From positions 99,758,001-99,822,000 of the forward strand of contig OX597816.1 of the NCBI GenBank assembly GCA_951406725.2: a stretch of 64,000 nt of DNA, in the 5' to 3' direction. This document shows positions 1-12,398 of this stretch, piece by piece. Origin of the DNA: Octopus vulgaris (Eukaryota). Numbering within the stretch: the first letter of the stretch is position 1; every line of letters begins with the position of its first letter. The translations under genes and the position numbers were made by a program. Under the pieces are notes generated by a model that was not told the DNA's origin, searched no databases, and saw only the letters and a list, made by a program, of their open reading frames with translations.

Positions 1-47
1 ACATGCATGCATACATACATACATACATACATACATACATACATACA

Positions 48-78
<31 letters not shown>

Positions 79-82
79 GCAT
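1..82. repeat. (ACAT)n microsatellite
   Basis: Direct reading; one of dozens of (TA)n/(CA)n/(ACAT)n/(GA)n tracts in the window. Confidence 0.95.
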
Positions 83-1873
83 GAAAGTTCAAAGAATTCT
101 ATATTATCAAATGGTTAATTATAAAAATTTAAATTTGTTACCAAAGAATCTTTTGAAAGAAATTATTATTATTGTTTAGCATTTGTGTGAACAAAGAATA
201 TATAGCATACCATGTATATATAATTGTTTCTATGTATACAGCAATGCTCTACCTTCTTTATTTAATAGTTTAGCATATGATTTAAGGATAAGTTGCCTGC
301 TTTTTCTTGCAAATTGAGTGACTATGTAATGTTTCTTTCTAAACAATGTTGAAAATGTGTAGAATATAAAATGCTGTAAAAGATACTTAAAATACGAATA
401 CTTGAAAATGTGTGTCAATAGTAATATTCATTTTGTTGCAAATATTGAATACTCAACATCTGATTAGTTTTACGTAACAAGGCTGCATTTATTGCAAAAT
501 ATAAAACTATGATTTATTGTTTCTTTACATGCTCTCAAAACACTAACAGTATTGAAATTATATAAGTTTCATTTTAAAATGATTTGATTCTTTTTTCTAA
601 AATAAATTAAAACTGGAATTTAGAGAAAATATTTTCTCTATTTCTAATTAATTGTCAATAATTTTGAAGACAAGTACAGGTAAGTAGCTTCAATTGCCTG
701 TGTCACATCTAATATTGGAAACATTGTATATGAGAATTTAGCAGCTACATTAAGAAAAGGATGTGGAAGGAGTATAGGAAACTGCTGTCTGTTGACTGGA
801 GAGATTTTATCTCTCTAAATTAAAGGCAGAAAATATGGAACTTATGTAAGTGTAATGCTACACTTAGTAAGTCATGAAAATAAATATCCTAGATCTGTAG
901 ATAGTGGATGGAAATGAAGTACTTATAATGATTGGGGTGTATGATAATAACTTGCATTATAAAATGAAAATAGATTAAAGATTGGATGGCTATTAAAGAC
1001 ATTGACCAATGTATACTGAAGAGATAACTGCATTGGTGTAAATTATGTAAATGGATAAGTGCAGGATCAAAATATACTATAAACTGACAATGAAAGGTAC
1101 CTTTAGTGGAGGAAGACAATCTCCTTTACTGTAGGCTCCTTTCTTTGCCTCACAGATGAAATAGCAAAGTATCAAAAAGAGAGACGATATGATACATGGA
1201 AAACAATGATAATAACAAGGAATATGTCAAGAATGAATGAATGATGATGATGACGATGATGATGATCATCATCACTATGGCAGTTGAGAAATTGAGGATC
1301 AGGGAGAAGGAGAGGATGATGGTGTTGAAGAAGAAAGGGACAAGAGTGATAAAGGAGATGAATAATGATGATGAATACATCCTCATGACTCTCACACATT
1401 TCCACACTAATATTGCTGGTGCTGAGACCAAATCGTTTATCAATCTGAATTGACTGCACAAGTTAGTCTTCTCAGCTACTCTGACAAATACATTAACACA
1501 CCAAATATTCATGACCTCTTTCTAACCTCTAGATTCAATCTCTGGTCAGCTATGATTATCAGTAATGCCTGCTACTTTCAATCATCATTGGAGTTCACAA
1601 GTATTTGTTGTCTTAACCCATCGTTTAAAAATTAATTTCTTCAATTTCACCTTCTATTCCAAACACAAAGGAATTGATGATTGAATCTAAGGCACCAATA
1701 GAAAATAAAGTATACCTCACCTAATATTTAATAATTTAGCTACACCATATTCTAGAAGTATATTTTTGTGATACTCTATCCATTTATCCCATACCACATC
1801 ATCTTAGAGTGAATATAAGTGTGTGCGTGTGCACACACACACACACAAACATATACAGGTAATAATGTTTGTT

Positions 1874-2092
1874 TTTAAACTTTAGCATTGAAACCTGTTG
1901 TATCCAGCCCAAATATTCTACCTGTTTTATGCTCAAACAGGCCAGATCTAGCCTTTCACACCTAGCCATTTTACAAAATAAACAACCACATCATCAAAAT
2001 CTCAAAGCTATGAAATAATGCATAATTAATGTAAAATGAGGTGAATACATAAGCATTACATTTGACAGAGTAATCTGAATCCTTAAGAGATA
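1874..2092. mobile_element. Degenerate TTAA-type (piggyBac-like) MITE
   Basis: ttaaactttagcatt ... aatccttaagagataa are decayed inverted ends. Confidence 0.35.
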
Positions 2093-2264
2093 AGCGAAGT
2101 TATACTTAAAAACAATTTAGCATGAAATTGAAGACTCACTGAATACTTGTTAGCAGAGTACTCGTTAATTTTTTTCACGATAAAGGGTGACAGTAACTTC
2201 AAATGTTTCGTTGTACTAGCTGTCATCATTTTTTGTTTGTTTTTATGTTAATTTTCTATACTAA

Positions 2265-2599
2265 CACAGGTTCTCAAAGTGGACACTACCCCCACCCCCA
2301 CACCCAGTGGGCGTTGAGACAGCCCAGGTAGGCACTGGTGCCTAAGGGGACGGGGGCGGTAGAGAAAAAGGAGGCATTGGGAGGAAGGCAGTTGATTGGG
2401 GGACACTATGAATTTATTATAATATTATTATAGTATTGAATACAAATTATATAATATTATATTAAATATTAAATGATCCATAGTATATATAAATTAGTAA
2501 AATATAAAATATCTATTTATGCATAAAATTAGGAGGGGGTGCTGAAGGTATTATGTGGTCATGAGTGGTGGGGAGCCCAAAAAGTTTGAGAACCTCTTG
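2265..2599. mobile_element. hAT-like MITE
   Basis: TIRs cacaggttctcaaa ... tttgagaacctcttg; GC-rich subterminal regions. Confidence 0.65.
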
Positions 2600-3171
2600 A
2601 TTAGACCAATGTGTGACTGAGGCATTGTTTTGCAGATGGATGTCCTTCCTGCCACTAAACCTTATTTGTTTTCTTAGTAAGGCATCTCTTATTTCACTCC
2701 TCATCAAAGGTGCAAAGCTAGCAGATGATTTGCTGACAGGAGAATTGGAAGCAGTATCATCACTCGTAGCTCATGAAATCCAGAGAATATGTAAATAAAC
2801 ACATAGGCACAGGTGCACATACGCACACACCCATACACACATACACACACATGTAAACATACACACAAGCACAAACACACATACACAAACACACACACAA
2901 ATGCATATAAATGTATGTATACTCACTTGTATAGATGCTTTCTTATTACTCTCAGCAGATTTTTTTTATTTAGTAAGTAAACTATTTAGCAATCATCATG
3001 CCATTTTATTTTCCAAGCAATAATGATAATTATTCTAAAAGTCTGCTGATCAACTATTACACCTGTCTCATGAACATAATAGTTAATTTATTAATCTTTT
3101 AGTAAATAACAAATTTGTACATTTGTATGTATGTGTGAGTGTGTGTGTATGTGTCTGTATGTATGTATGTA

Positions 3172-3213
<42 letters not shown>

Positions 3214-3296
3214 GGTCCCGGGTTGATTCGGGGTTAACCACAGTAAATAAGGTACTCAATACATAGCAGAGTAAAATTAATTTATTATATAGAAGG

Positions 3297-3347
3297 AGCT
3301 TCTACAGGACTAGAACTGTTTCATTCAAGAGAAATCTTCAGGAAGCT
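3297..3347 (-). ncRNA. Type I hammerhead ribozyme in the PLE 3' terminus
   Basis: Minus strand reads AGCUUC-CUGAAGA-U UUC ucuu GAA U-GAA-ACAG uucuaguc CUGU-A|GAAGCU. Helix I is 6 bp and perfect, helix III is 4 bp, and the cleavage triplet is GUA. Confidence 0.85.
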
Positions 3348-3677
3348 AGTTAACAAGAATTGTATTGGCATTTATACATTTAGGCAGGTTTAAAGGGGTG
3401 GTGGTGGGGGACTTTTTGGGGGTAGGCATAGCACAAAATATCATACTTGGGGGAGTGGTCAAGGAGTCAGTGGTAAATTAGATAAAAGAATAAATAAAAG
3501 AATAAAAAAATATATAAAAGAATAGAGTTTTAGGTAAATAAGGAGATTCTCACTTATACCTATACACATATGTATACATATATACACACACACACACACA
3601 TATACATACACACATACATACACACACACACATATATATATATATACACATACATATACATACATATATCTACACAC

Positions 3678-3732
<55 letters not shown>

Positions 3733-4339
3733 TGCATACACATATACACACACACATGTATATATACACACACGACCACGCATACATATACACACAAAAA
3801 ATATATACATACACACACATACACATACACGCATACACACACATATCCACATACACACATGCACACACAACACACAAGTCCCTATATACACATATATACA
3901 CATACACACACATACATATATATACATATATATATATACATATGTGTACCTATACATACCTACACATACACACATATACATACAAATACAGACCCATTCC
4001 CTAATTTTAATTTTATTATCTTCATTTATTACTTTTGTTATCTTTGACCGCTGGTCACAAGCATCCTGGCTATGACAGCAAGTCCATTTATCTTTCTACT
4101 TGAAAACAAGCACTCATTCACGCACGCACACTCATTAGCACGCACACTCAGTCATTCGTACACTCATACACATACACGCACGCACGCGTTATATTCATAC
4201 ATACATCCATCTACATACATTCACGTATATACACATACGTACGCGTACCTACAGATTCATGTCTACACTCTTAGAAGGCTAGTCTATACATATACTCCAA
4301 TAAATATATATACACACATACATATACACCTACATACAA

Positions 4340-4390
<51 letters not shown>

Positions 4391-4395
<5 letters not shown>

Positions 4396-4589
4396 CCTTA
4401 AATCCTTAAAAATGTTTTAGCCCGAAGGCCGCGACATGCTGGGGCACCACCGCTGAATGAGCTACACTAGTTTGTGAATCCACCTCTGATATGTGGCACT
4501 TGATCAACAAGGGAGTTCGATGCTGCTGCCCGCATCCGTGTCTCCTGTCGTGAGGTAGGTTCATCTGGGACTCCCAACAAGAAGAGATC

Positions 4590-4594
<5 letters not shown>
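4391..4594 (-). mobile_element. ~200 bp retroposon 3' fragment inserted into (TA)n of the left arm
   Basis: Relatively GC-rich block flanked by (TA)n, with a minus-strand tail of (AAGGATTTA)2; absent from the equivalent (TA)n of the right arm (~9865-9903). Confidence 0.6.
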
Positions 4595-4638
<44 letters not shown>

Positions 4639-4785
4639 TATACACACATATACACGTATACATACATACATACATACATCCATACATACATATATACACA
4701 TACACACACCCACACGTATACATATACATACATATATATACGCGCATGCATACACATACAAATACATACACATACACATATTCAT

Positions 4786-4830
<45 letters not shown>

Positions 4831-5182
4831 CATACATATACATACATACATATACAAATATACACACACACATACATACACATATACACATACACGCACA
4901 TACACATGTACATGCATACCCATACACACACGCACACACGCGCATCCATATATACACATAAGTACACACATGCGTAAAAGTATACATATATCTATGCTTA
5001 CACATACACACACACACACGCGCCTCCTTATATTCATACTTACATGCATACTCAAAAAATAAATAATAAAATATATATACGCGCAGTTATTCATACATGC
5101 ATACTCAAAAAATAAATAATAAATATTAAGTATATGTACGTGCAGTTACCAATTATACAGACGGATACATACATATAAACTT

Positions 5183-5245
<63 letters not shown>

Positions 5246-5454
5246 CTTACACATATGTACATATACATACACACATACATAACTCTACGTACCTACATAT
5301 ACATAAACACACGAGCGTACACGTATATGTACATATACACATACACATACACACACATATATATACATACATACATATACATACACACACATATACATAT
5401 ATATATATATATTTATATATATTTTTATATATATATACACACATACACACAACT

Positions 5455-7208
5455 ACCCAAACGCGGCCGTAGCCAGTACCGCATCGACTGGCCTCCGTGC
5501 TATGGGCACAACAAACACCATCCGATCGTGGCCGTTCACCAGCCTCATCTGGCACCTGTGTCGGTGGCACATAAAGACACCATCCGAAGACCCGGCGACG
5601 TAGTCAGTCCACCTGTGCATACCTTCCCTCTTATGACACTTGTGAAGACCTGTTGAGGCAAGTGAAAATCAAACCAAATCAAAATAGATGAACATCAATG
5701 GAATTTGTATCTTTGTGGTTCCAGTACCGGTGGCACACAAGAAAACCATCCGAACGTGGCCGTAGCCAGTACCGCATCGACTGGCCTCCGTGCTGTGGGC
5801 ACAACAAACACCATCTGATCGTGGCCGTTCGCCAGCCTCATCTGGCACCTGTGTCGGTGGCACATAAAAACACCATCTGAAGACCCGGCGACGTAGTGAG
5901 TCCACCTGTGCATACCTTCCTACTTATGACACTTGTGAAGACCTGTTGAGGCAAGTGTGTGACACTTGTGTAGACCTGTTGAGGCAAGTGAAAATCAAAT
6001 CAAATCAAATCAAACCAAATCAAAATAGATGAACATCAATGGAATTTGTATCTTTGTGGTACCAGTACCGGTGGCACACAAGAAAACCATCCGAACGTGG
6101 CCGTAGCCAGTACCGCATCGACTGGCCTCTGTGATGTGGGCACATAACAAACACCATCCGATCGTGGCCGTTCGCCAGCCTCATCTGGCACCTGTGTTGG
6201 TGGCACATAAAAACACCAACCGAAGACCCGGCAAGACTAGTCAGGCCATAACCCGTAGCCCCTACTTGGGACGTAGTCAGTCCACCTGTGCATACCTTCC
6301 TTCCTTCTTGTGACACTTGTGAAGACCTGTGAAGACCTGTTGAGGCAAGTGAAAATCAAATCAAATCAAATCAAAATAGATGAACATCAATGGAATTTGT
6401 ATCTTTGTGGTACCAGTGCCGGTGGCACACAAGAAAACCATCCGAACGTGGCCGTAGCCAGTACCGCATCGACTGGCCTCCGTGCTGTGGGCACGTAACA
6501 AACACCATCCGATTGTGGCCGTTCGCCAGCCTCATCTGGCACCTGTGTCGGTGGCACATAAAAACACCATCCGAAGACCCAGCAAGACTAGTCAGGCCAT
6601 AACCCGTGGCCCCTACCTGGGACGTAGTCAGTCCACCTGTGCATACCTTCCTTCTTGTGACACTTGTGAAGACCTGTTGAGGCAAGTGAAAATCAAATCA
6701 AAAATCAAATCAAAACAAATCAAAATAGATGAACATCAATGGAATTTGTATCTTTGTGGTACCAGTGCCGGTGGCACACAAGAAAATCATCCGAACGTGG
6801 CCGTAGCCAGTACCGCATAGACTGGCCTCCGTGCTTTGGGGACGTAACAAACACCATCCGATCGTGGCCGTCCGCCAGCCTCATCTGGCACCTGTGTCGG
6901 TGGCACATAAAAACACCATCCGAGCGTGGCCGTCTGCCAGCCTTGTCTGGCACCTGTGTCGGTGGCACATAAAAACACCATCCGAGCGTGGCCGTTCGCC
7001 AGCCTCGTCTGGCACCTGTGTCGGTGGCACATAAAATCACCCACTACACTCTCGGAGTGGTTGGCATTAGGAAGGGCATCCAGCTGTAGAAACACTGCCA
7101 GATCTGACTGGCCTGGTGCAGCCTTCGGGCTCCCCAGACCCCAGTTGAACCGTCCAACCCATGCTAGCATGGAAAACGGACGCTAAATGATGATGATGAT
7201 GATGATGA
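5455..7208 (+). mobile_element. Tandem concatemer of RTE LINE 3' UTR (one partial plus four units) ending in a (GAT)n tail
   Basis: Units start gaagaccc at 5586, 5879, 6222 and 6573. The terminal unit ends ...aacccatgctagcatggaaaacggacgctaaat(gat)n, like the RTE 3' end at 12140-12204. Confidence 0.85.
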
Positions 7209-7231
7209 TATACATACACACACATACACAT

Positions 7232-7270
<39 letters not shown>

Positions 7271-7357
7271 TACACACACACATATATATATATACACATA
7301 CATACATACACATACATATACATATACACACATACACACACACACATACATATATAC

Positions 7358-7409
<52 letters not shown>

Positions 7410-7827
7410 GTGTGCAAACATACATACATACTCATACACACACACACACACACTTACATATACATATATACACACACTTACACACATATATACATACATA
7501 TATACATACATACATACATACACATATTCATACATATATATATTCACACATACACATATATATATATATATACATATATATATACACTTACACATACATA
7601 TATATATATACATACATATATATACATATACACATACATATACACACACATACATATATATATATACCCACACCTACACATATACACATATATACATATA
7701 TACATACATATACACACATACACACACACACACATATATATACATACATACACATACACATACATATATATATATATATATATACATACATATACACATG
7801 CACATACGTATAACTCTACATACCCAC

Positions 7828-7868
<41 letters not shown>

Positions 7869-8117
7869 TACATATACATATATATATGTATATATACACA
7901 CACATATATATACCCATCTACAATCTGTATATACACACACATACATGCACATACACATAACTCTACATACCTACATATACATCGACATACTCGCGTACAC
8001 TTATATATATATATATACATACATGTACACACACACATACATATACATATATACATATATACATATAAATACATACATACACACACATATATATATATAT
8101 AACACACACACACACAT

Positions 8118-8157
<40 letters not shown>

Positions 8158-8684
8158 ACAATTGAGGGTAAAGTTAATTAGTTATTAATCAATTTCACCA
8201 AGTATTCAGTATGTAAAAGGACCATTATTTTTTTGAGTAAACAATGTCTGATAGAAAATATTCTTTAAGTAGTGGAAGAGGCTAAAAAACTTTTTTTGGC
8301 TGCTATTTCTAGAAAGTTCAGTATGTGGCAAAGTAATTTATTTTACTAAGCCCTAATTATATAATATTTTATACATACATACACATACATACACACATAC
8401 ATATACACATACATATGCATACACACATATATACATATATACATATATACAAACACACACACACACACACACATACATATATATATTTTTTTTTTTTTAC
8501 ATACATACACACACACACACATAATACATGCGTATATTCCTACTATACCCATACATTTCTATACATATATACGATACACATATACAAGCGTGCACATACA
8601 ATATGTGAAAGGTCTTAGGAGAAAAGGTAATCGGGGGTGCTAGGGGAACGGTGGGATTGGGGGGGTTTTGTGGGTGGGGTGTCA

Positions 8685-9070
8685 TCAATCTGGTTGCCGG
8701 GTAGGTCTATAGTTCTTGTAGTTTGCATAATTCTTATGCATGCAATTTGGGGAGTGTTCTGAGATCTTGTTAAGGAGAGGGCCTTTGGCGAACAAGATCT
8801 CTAGGCTCTCCGAAATGCAAAGGTCACAGCAGGTATGGCCTCCAGTGTACGAACGCGCCTTCTGTAGTAGTTTCCACTTGGTCTTGAAGGGGATGGAGTT
8901 CCTTTTAAGGTACCAGATGTGGGCGGCGAGGGTAGTTTGGTTGGATTTATCCTGTCGCCGGAACGAGTGTGTGTGTGTGTACCAACGGGTCTTAAAGCTG
9001 TTTGACGTCATTCTGATGTAGGATTTTCTTTTATCGTCAGGGCCTGATCTTACCTCGCATGTATATACAT
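8685..9070 (-). pseudogene. Penelope GIY-YIG endonuclease domain and ORF C-terminus (5'-truncated)
   Basis: VYTCEV...KSYIRMTSNSFKTRWYTHTHSFR...TTLAAHIWYLK...KWKLL...CDLCISESLEIL...LLNKISE...CMHKN follows the PLE pattern VY..YIG.T..FK.R..H..SF..CxLC..E..LLN..E..CxH. Confidence 0.9.
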
Positions 9071-9071
9071 G

Positions 9072-9254
9072 TATATATAAAAATATATATAAATATATAT
9101 ATATATGTATATGTGTGTGTATGTATATGTATGTATGTATATATATGTGTGTGTATGTGTATATGTACATATACGTGTACGCTCGTGTGTTTATGTATAT
9201 GTAGGTACGTAGAGTTATGTATGTGTGTATGTATATGTACATATGTGTAGTATG

Positions 9255-9319
<65 letters not shown>

Positions 9320-9673
9320 AAGTTTATATGTATGTATCCGTCTGTATAATTGGTAACTGCACGTACATATACTTAATATTTATTATTTATTTTTTGAGTA
9401 TGCATGTATGAATAACTGCGCGTATATATATTTTATTATTTATTTTTTGAGTATGCATGTAAGTATGAATATAAGGAGGCGCGTGTGGGTGTGTGTATGT
9501 GTAAGCATAGATATATGTATACTTTTACGCATGTGTGTACTTATGTGTATATATGGATGCGCGTGTGTGTGTGTGTGTATGGGTACGCATGTACATGTGT
9601 ATGTGCGTGTATGTGTATATGTGTATGTATGTGTGTATATTTGTATATGTATGTATGTATATGTATGTATGTG

Positions 9674-9708
<35 letters not shown>

Positions 9709-9857
9709 ATGTATATGTGTATGTGTATGTATTTGTATGTGTATGCATGCGCGTATATATATGTATGTATATGTATACGTGTAGGTGTGTGTATGTGTAT
9801 ATATGTATGTATGTATGGATGTATGTATGTATGTATGTATACGTGTATATGTGTGTG

Positions 9858-9912
<55 letters not shown>

Positions 9913-10516
9913 TTGTATGTAGGTGTATATGTATGTGTGTATATATATTTATTGGAGTATATGTATAGACTAGCCTTCTAAGAGTGTAGACATGAATCTG
10001 TAGGTACGCGTACGTATGTGTATATACGTGAATGTATGTAGATGGATGTATGTATGAATATAACGCGTGCGTGCGTGTATGTGTATGAGTGTACGAATGA
10101 CTGAGTGTGCGTGCGTGAATGAGTGCTTGTTTTCAAGTAGAAAGATAAATGGACTTGCTGCCATAGCCAGGATGCTTGTGACCAGCGGTCAAAGATAACA
10201 AAAGTAATAAATGAAGATAATAAAATTAAAATTAGGGAATGGGTCTGTATTTGTATGTATATGTGTGTATGTGTAGGTATGTATAGGTACACATATGTAT
10301 ATATATATATATGTATATATATGTATATGTGTGTATGTGTATATATGTGTATATAGGGACTTGTGTGTTGTGTGTGCATGTGTGTATGTGGATATGTGTG
10401 TGTATGCGTGTATGTGTATGTGTGTGTATGTATATATTTTTTTGTGTGTATATGTATGCGTGGTCGTGTGTGTATATATACATGTGTGTGTGTATATGTG
10501 TATGCATGTATATGTG

Positions 10517-10570
<54 letters not shown>

Positions 10571-10957
10571 AGATATATGTATGTATATGTATGTGTATAT
10601 ATATATATATGTGTGTGTGTGTATGTATGTGTGTATGTGTGTGTGTGTGTGTGTATATATGTATACATATGTGTATAGGTATAAGTGAGAATCTCCTTAT
10701 TTACCTAAAACTCTATTCTTTTATATATTTTTTATTCTTTTATTTATTCTTTTATCTAATTTACCACTGACTCCTTGACCACTCCCCCAAGTATGATATT
10801 TTGCGCTATGCCTACCCCCAAAAAGTCCCCCACCACCACCCCTTTAAACCTGCCTAAATGTATAAATGCCAATACAATTCTTGTTAACTAGCTTCCTGAA
10901 GATTTCTCTTGAATGAAACAGTTATAGTCCTGTAGAAGCTCCTTCTATATAATAAAA
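9072..10957. repeat. Right arm of the ~2 kb inverted repeat
   Basis: Reverse complement of 3282-5430, lacking the 4391-4594 insert. Confidence 0.95.
10890..10940 (+). ncRNA. Type I hammerhead ribozyme in the inverted pLTR copy
   Basis: agcttc ctgaaga tttctcttgaat gaa acag ttatagtc ctgt a gaagct; same fold as 3297-3347 with one substitution in the helix III loop. Confidence 0.85.
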
Positions 10958-10975
10958 TATATATATATATATATA

Positions 10976-11326
10976 TATATTAGAAGAAATAAGGTACTCA
11001 GAAAATCGGATGGTTTATATTTACAGATATTTATTTGTATATTACATTTTTTTATATATATCATATAACTTAGATCATGTATTAGCGCTTTCTCCCATTC
11101 TAGTGGGGTTTTCAAATCAAACTAAGTCCCTGTGTGAGGAGTGACTATAAAATGGTCAAAACTCCTCACACAGGAACTTAGTTTGATTTGAAAACCCCAC
11201 TAGAATGGGAGAAAGTGCAAATACATGATCCAAGTTATATGATATATATAAAAAATGTAATATACAAATAAATATCTGTAAATATAAACCATCCGATTTT
11301 CTGAGTACCTCATTTCTTCTAATATA
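10976..11326. repeat. Near-perfect fold-back hairpin with ~167 bp arms and an 18-nt loop
   Basis: 10976-11142 is the reverse complement of 11161-11326 with only a handful of mismatches. Confidence 0.95.
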
Positions 11327-11380
11327 ATAATACCTGTACATCATCTCCAAACCTTCCAATATATATATATATATATATAT

Positions 11381-12204
11381 TCGACAGAGCATTAGTACCT
11401 TGAGAGAAATGTTGTACCTAAGAAGCATCAGTTGTGGTGTGCAAGAAAGACGATTACGCTAGTATGGTCATGTGGCGAGAATGGATGAAGATAGGTGTGT
11501 GAAAAAGTGCCAATCCCTAGCAGTGGAGGGAACCCATGGAAGAGGTAGACCCAGGAAAACCTGGGACGAGGTGGTGAAGCACGACCTTCGAACTTTAGGC
11601 CTCACTGAGGAAATGACCAGCGACCGAGACCATTGGAAATATGCTGTACATGAGAAGACCAGGCAGGACAAGTGAGCCCAGCCCACTTATGCATGCCTTT
11701 CCCCCCTTGGACACAAAGACCTGTTGAGGCAAGCGAAGTCGATATCGAACCTCATCTGACGACAGGCACCCATTGCCAACCCCCTTTGCTTGCGAAGACA
11801 TATTGGGGCAAGTGAAATCGAAATCGAAATTGAACCAATCCTATGACTGGCACCCGGCAGATGCCAGGACCCCTGGACTGGTGGTACGTAAAAAGCACTA
11901 TCTGAATCGTGGCCGATGCCAGCGCCGCCTCAACTGGCTTCCGTGCCGGTGGCATGTAAAATGCACCAATCCGACCGTGGCCATTGCCAGCCTCGCCTGG
12001 CACCTGTGCGGGTGGCACATAAAAAGCACCCACTACACTCATGGAGTGGTTGGCGTTAGGAAGGGCATCCAGCTGTAGAAACATTGCCAGATAAGACTGG
12101 AGCCTGGTGCAGCCTTCTGGCTTCCCAGATCCCCGGTCGAACCGTCCAACCCATGCTAGCATGGAGAACGGACGTTAAACGATGATGATGATGATGATGA
12201 TGAT
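11381..12204 (+). mobile_element. 5'-truncated RTE-clade LINE (ORF C-terminus, 3' UTR and (GAT)n tail)
   Basis: RLR*YGHVARMDEDRCVKKCQSLAVEGTHGRGRPRKTWDEVVKHDLRTLGLTEEMTSDRDHWK is a typical RTE C-terminus. Confidence 0.9.
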
Positions 12205-12208
12205 ATAT

Positions 12209-12398
12209 AGGGGAGAATTCACAAAAAAACATAAGACGAAGACAGGTAGTGTAGACAACAAACAGATGTATTAGTATAACACTTGGGAAGGGAAAAAGTC
12301 TTTAATGATTCGAGCCTACACTCTTCTACAGAAAGGAACACAGAAAGAAACAAGGAGAGAAAATAAAGAATGTGTAGTGGCTAGAGATCTATCATGGT
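12209..12398 (-). mobile_element. Penelope pLTR fragment, same family as 23290-23485
   Basis: Reverse complement aligns along its length with the 3' end of the PLE at 22855-23487. Confidence 0.75.
12300..12335 (-). ncRNA. Degenerate minimal hammerhead motif (CUGUAGAA core)
   Basis: Minus strand: cuuu CUGUAGAA GAGU guag GCUC GAAUCAUU aaag. Confidence 0.5.

Larger units (their letters stand above)
3282..5430. repeat. Left arm of a ~2 kb inverted repeat (partner 9072-10957)
   Basis: Unique blocks recur reverse-complemented and in order, e.g. 3990-4110 vs 10120-10245, 5020-5170 vs 9330-9480, 3282-3560 vs 10680-10957. Confidence 0.95.
3211..10957 (-). mobile_element. 5'-truncated Penelope-like retroelement with an inverted copy of its 3' region (pLTR) fused at the truncation point; long microsatellite-rich 3' UTR with nested insertions
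   Basis: GIY-YIG C-terminal ORF on the minus strand (9070-8685). 3282-5430 and 9072-10957 are reverse complements. A hammerhead motif sits near each outer end. The 3' end abuts (TA)n at 3210. Confidence 0.8.

Noticed and set aside
1150-1512. Overlapping ORFs around (ATG)n/(CAT)n
   Set aside because: Low-complexity trinucleotide and purine-rich tract
2613-2798. Possible exon (KGAKLADDLLTGELEAVSSLVAHEIQRI) with AG/GT boundaries
   Set aside because: No recognisable domain and no partner exons; splice-like motifs are common by chance
5455-7040. CRISPR-like regularly repeated units
   Set aside because: No unique spacers and no cas genes; eukaryotic RTE 3' UTR tandem repeats
3459-10688. Dozens of long ORFs rich in Y/I/H/T/C/V/M (also at 13.7-16.1, 23.7-24.1, 31.8-32.4, 39.6-40.1 and 55.2-57.5 kb)
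   Set aside because: Translations of (TA)n/(CA)n/(TACA)n microsatellites, which lack stop codons
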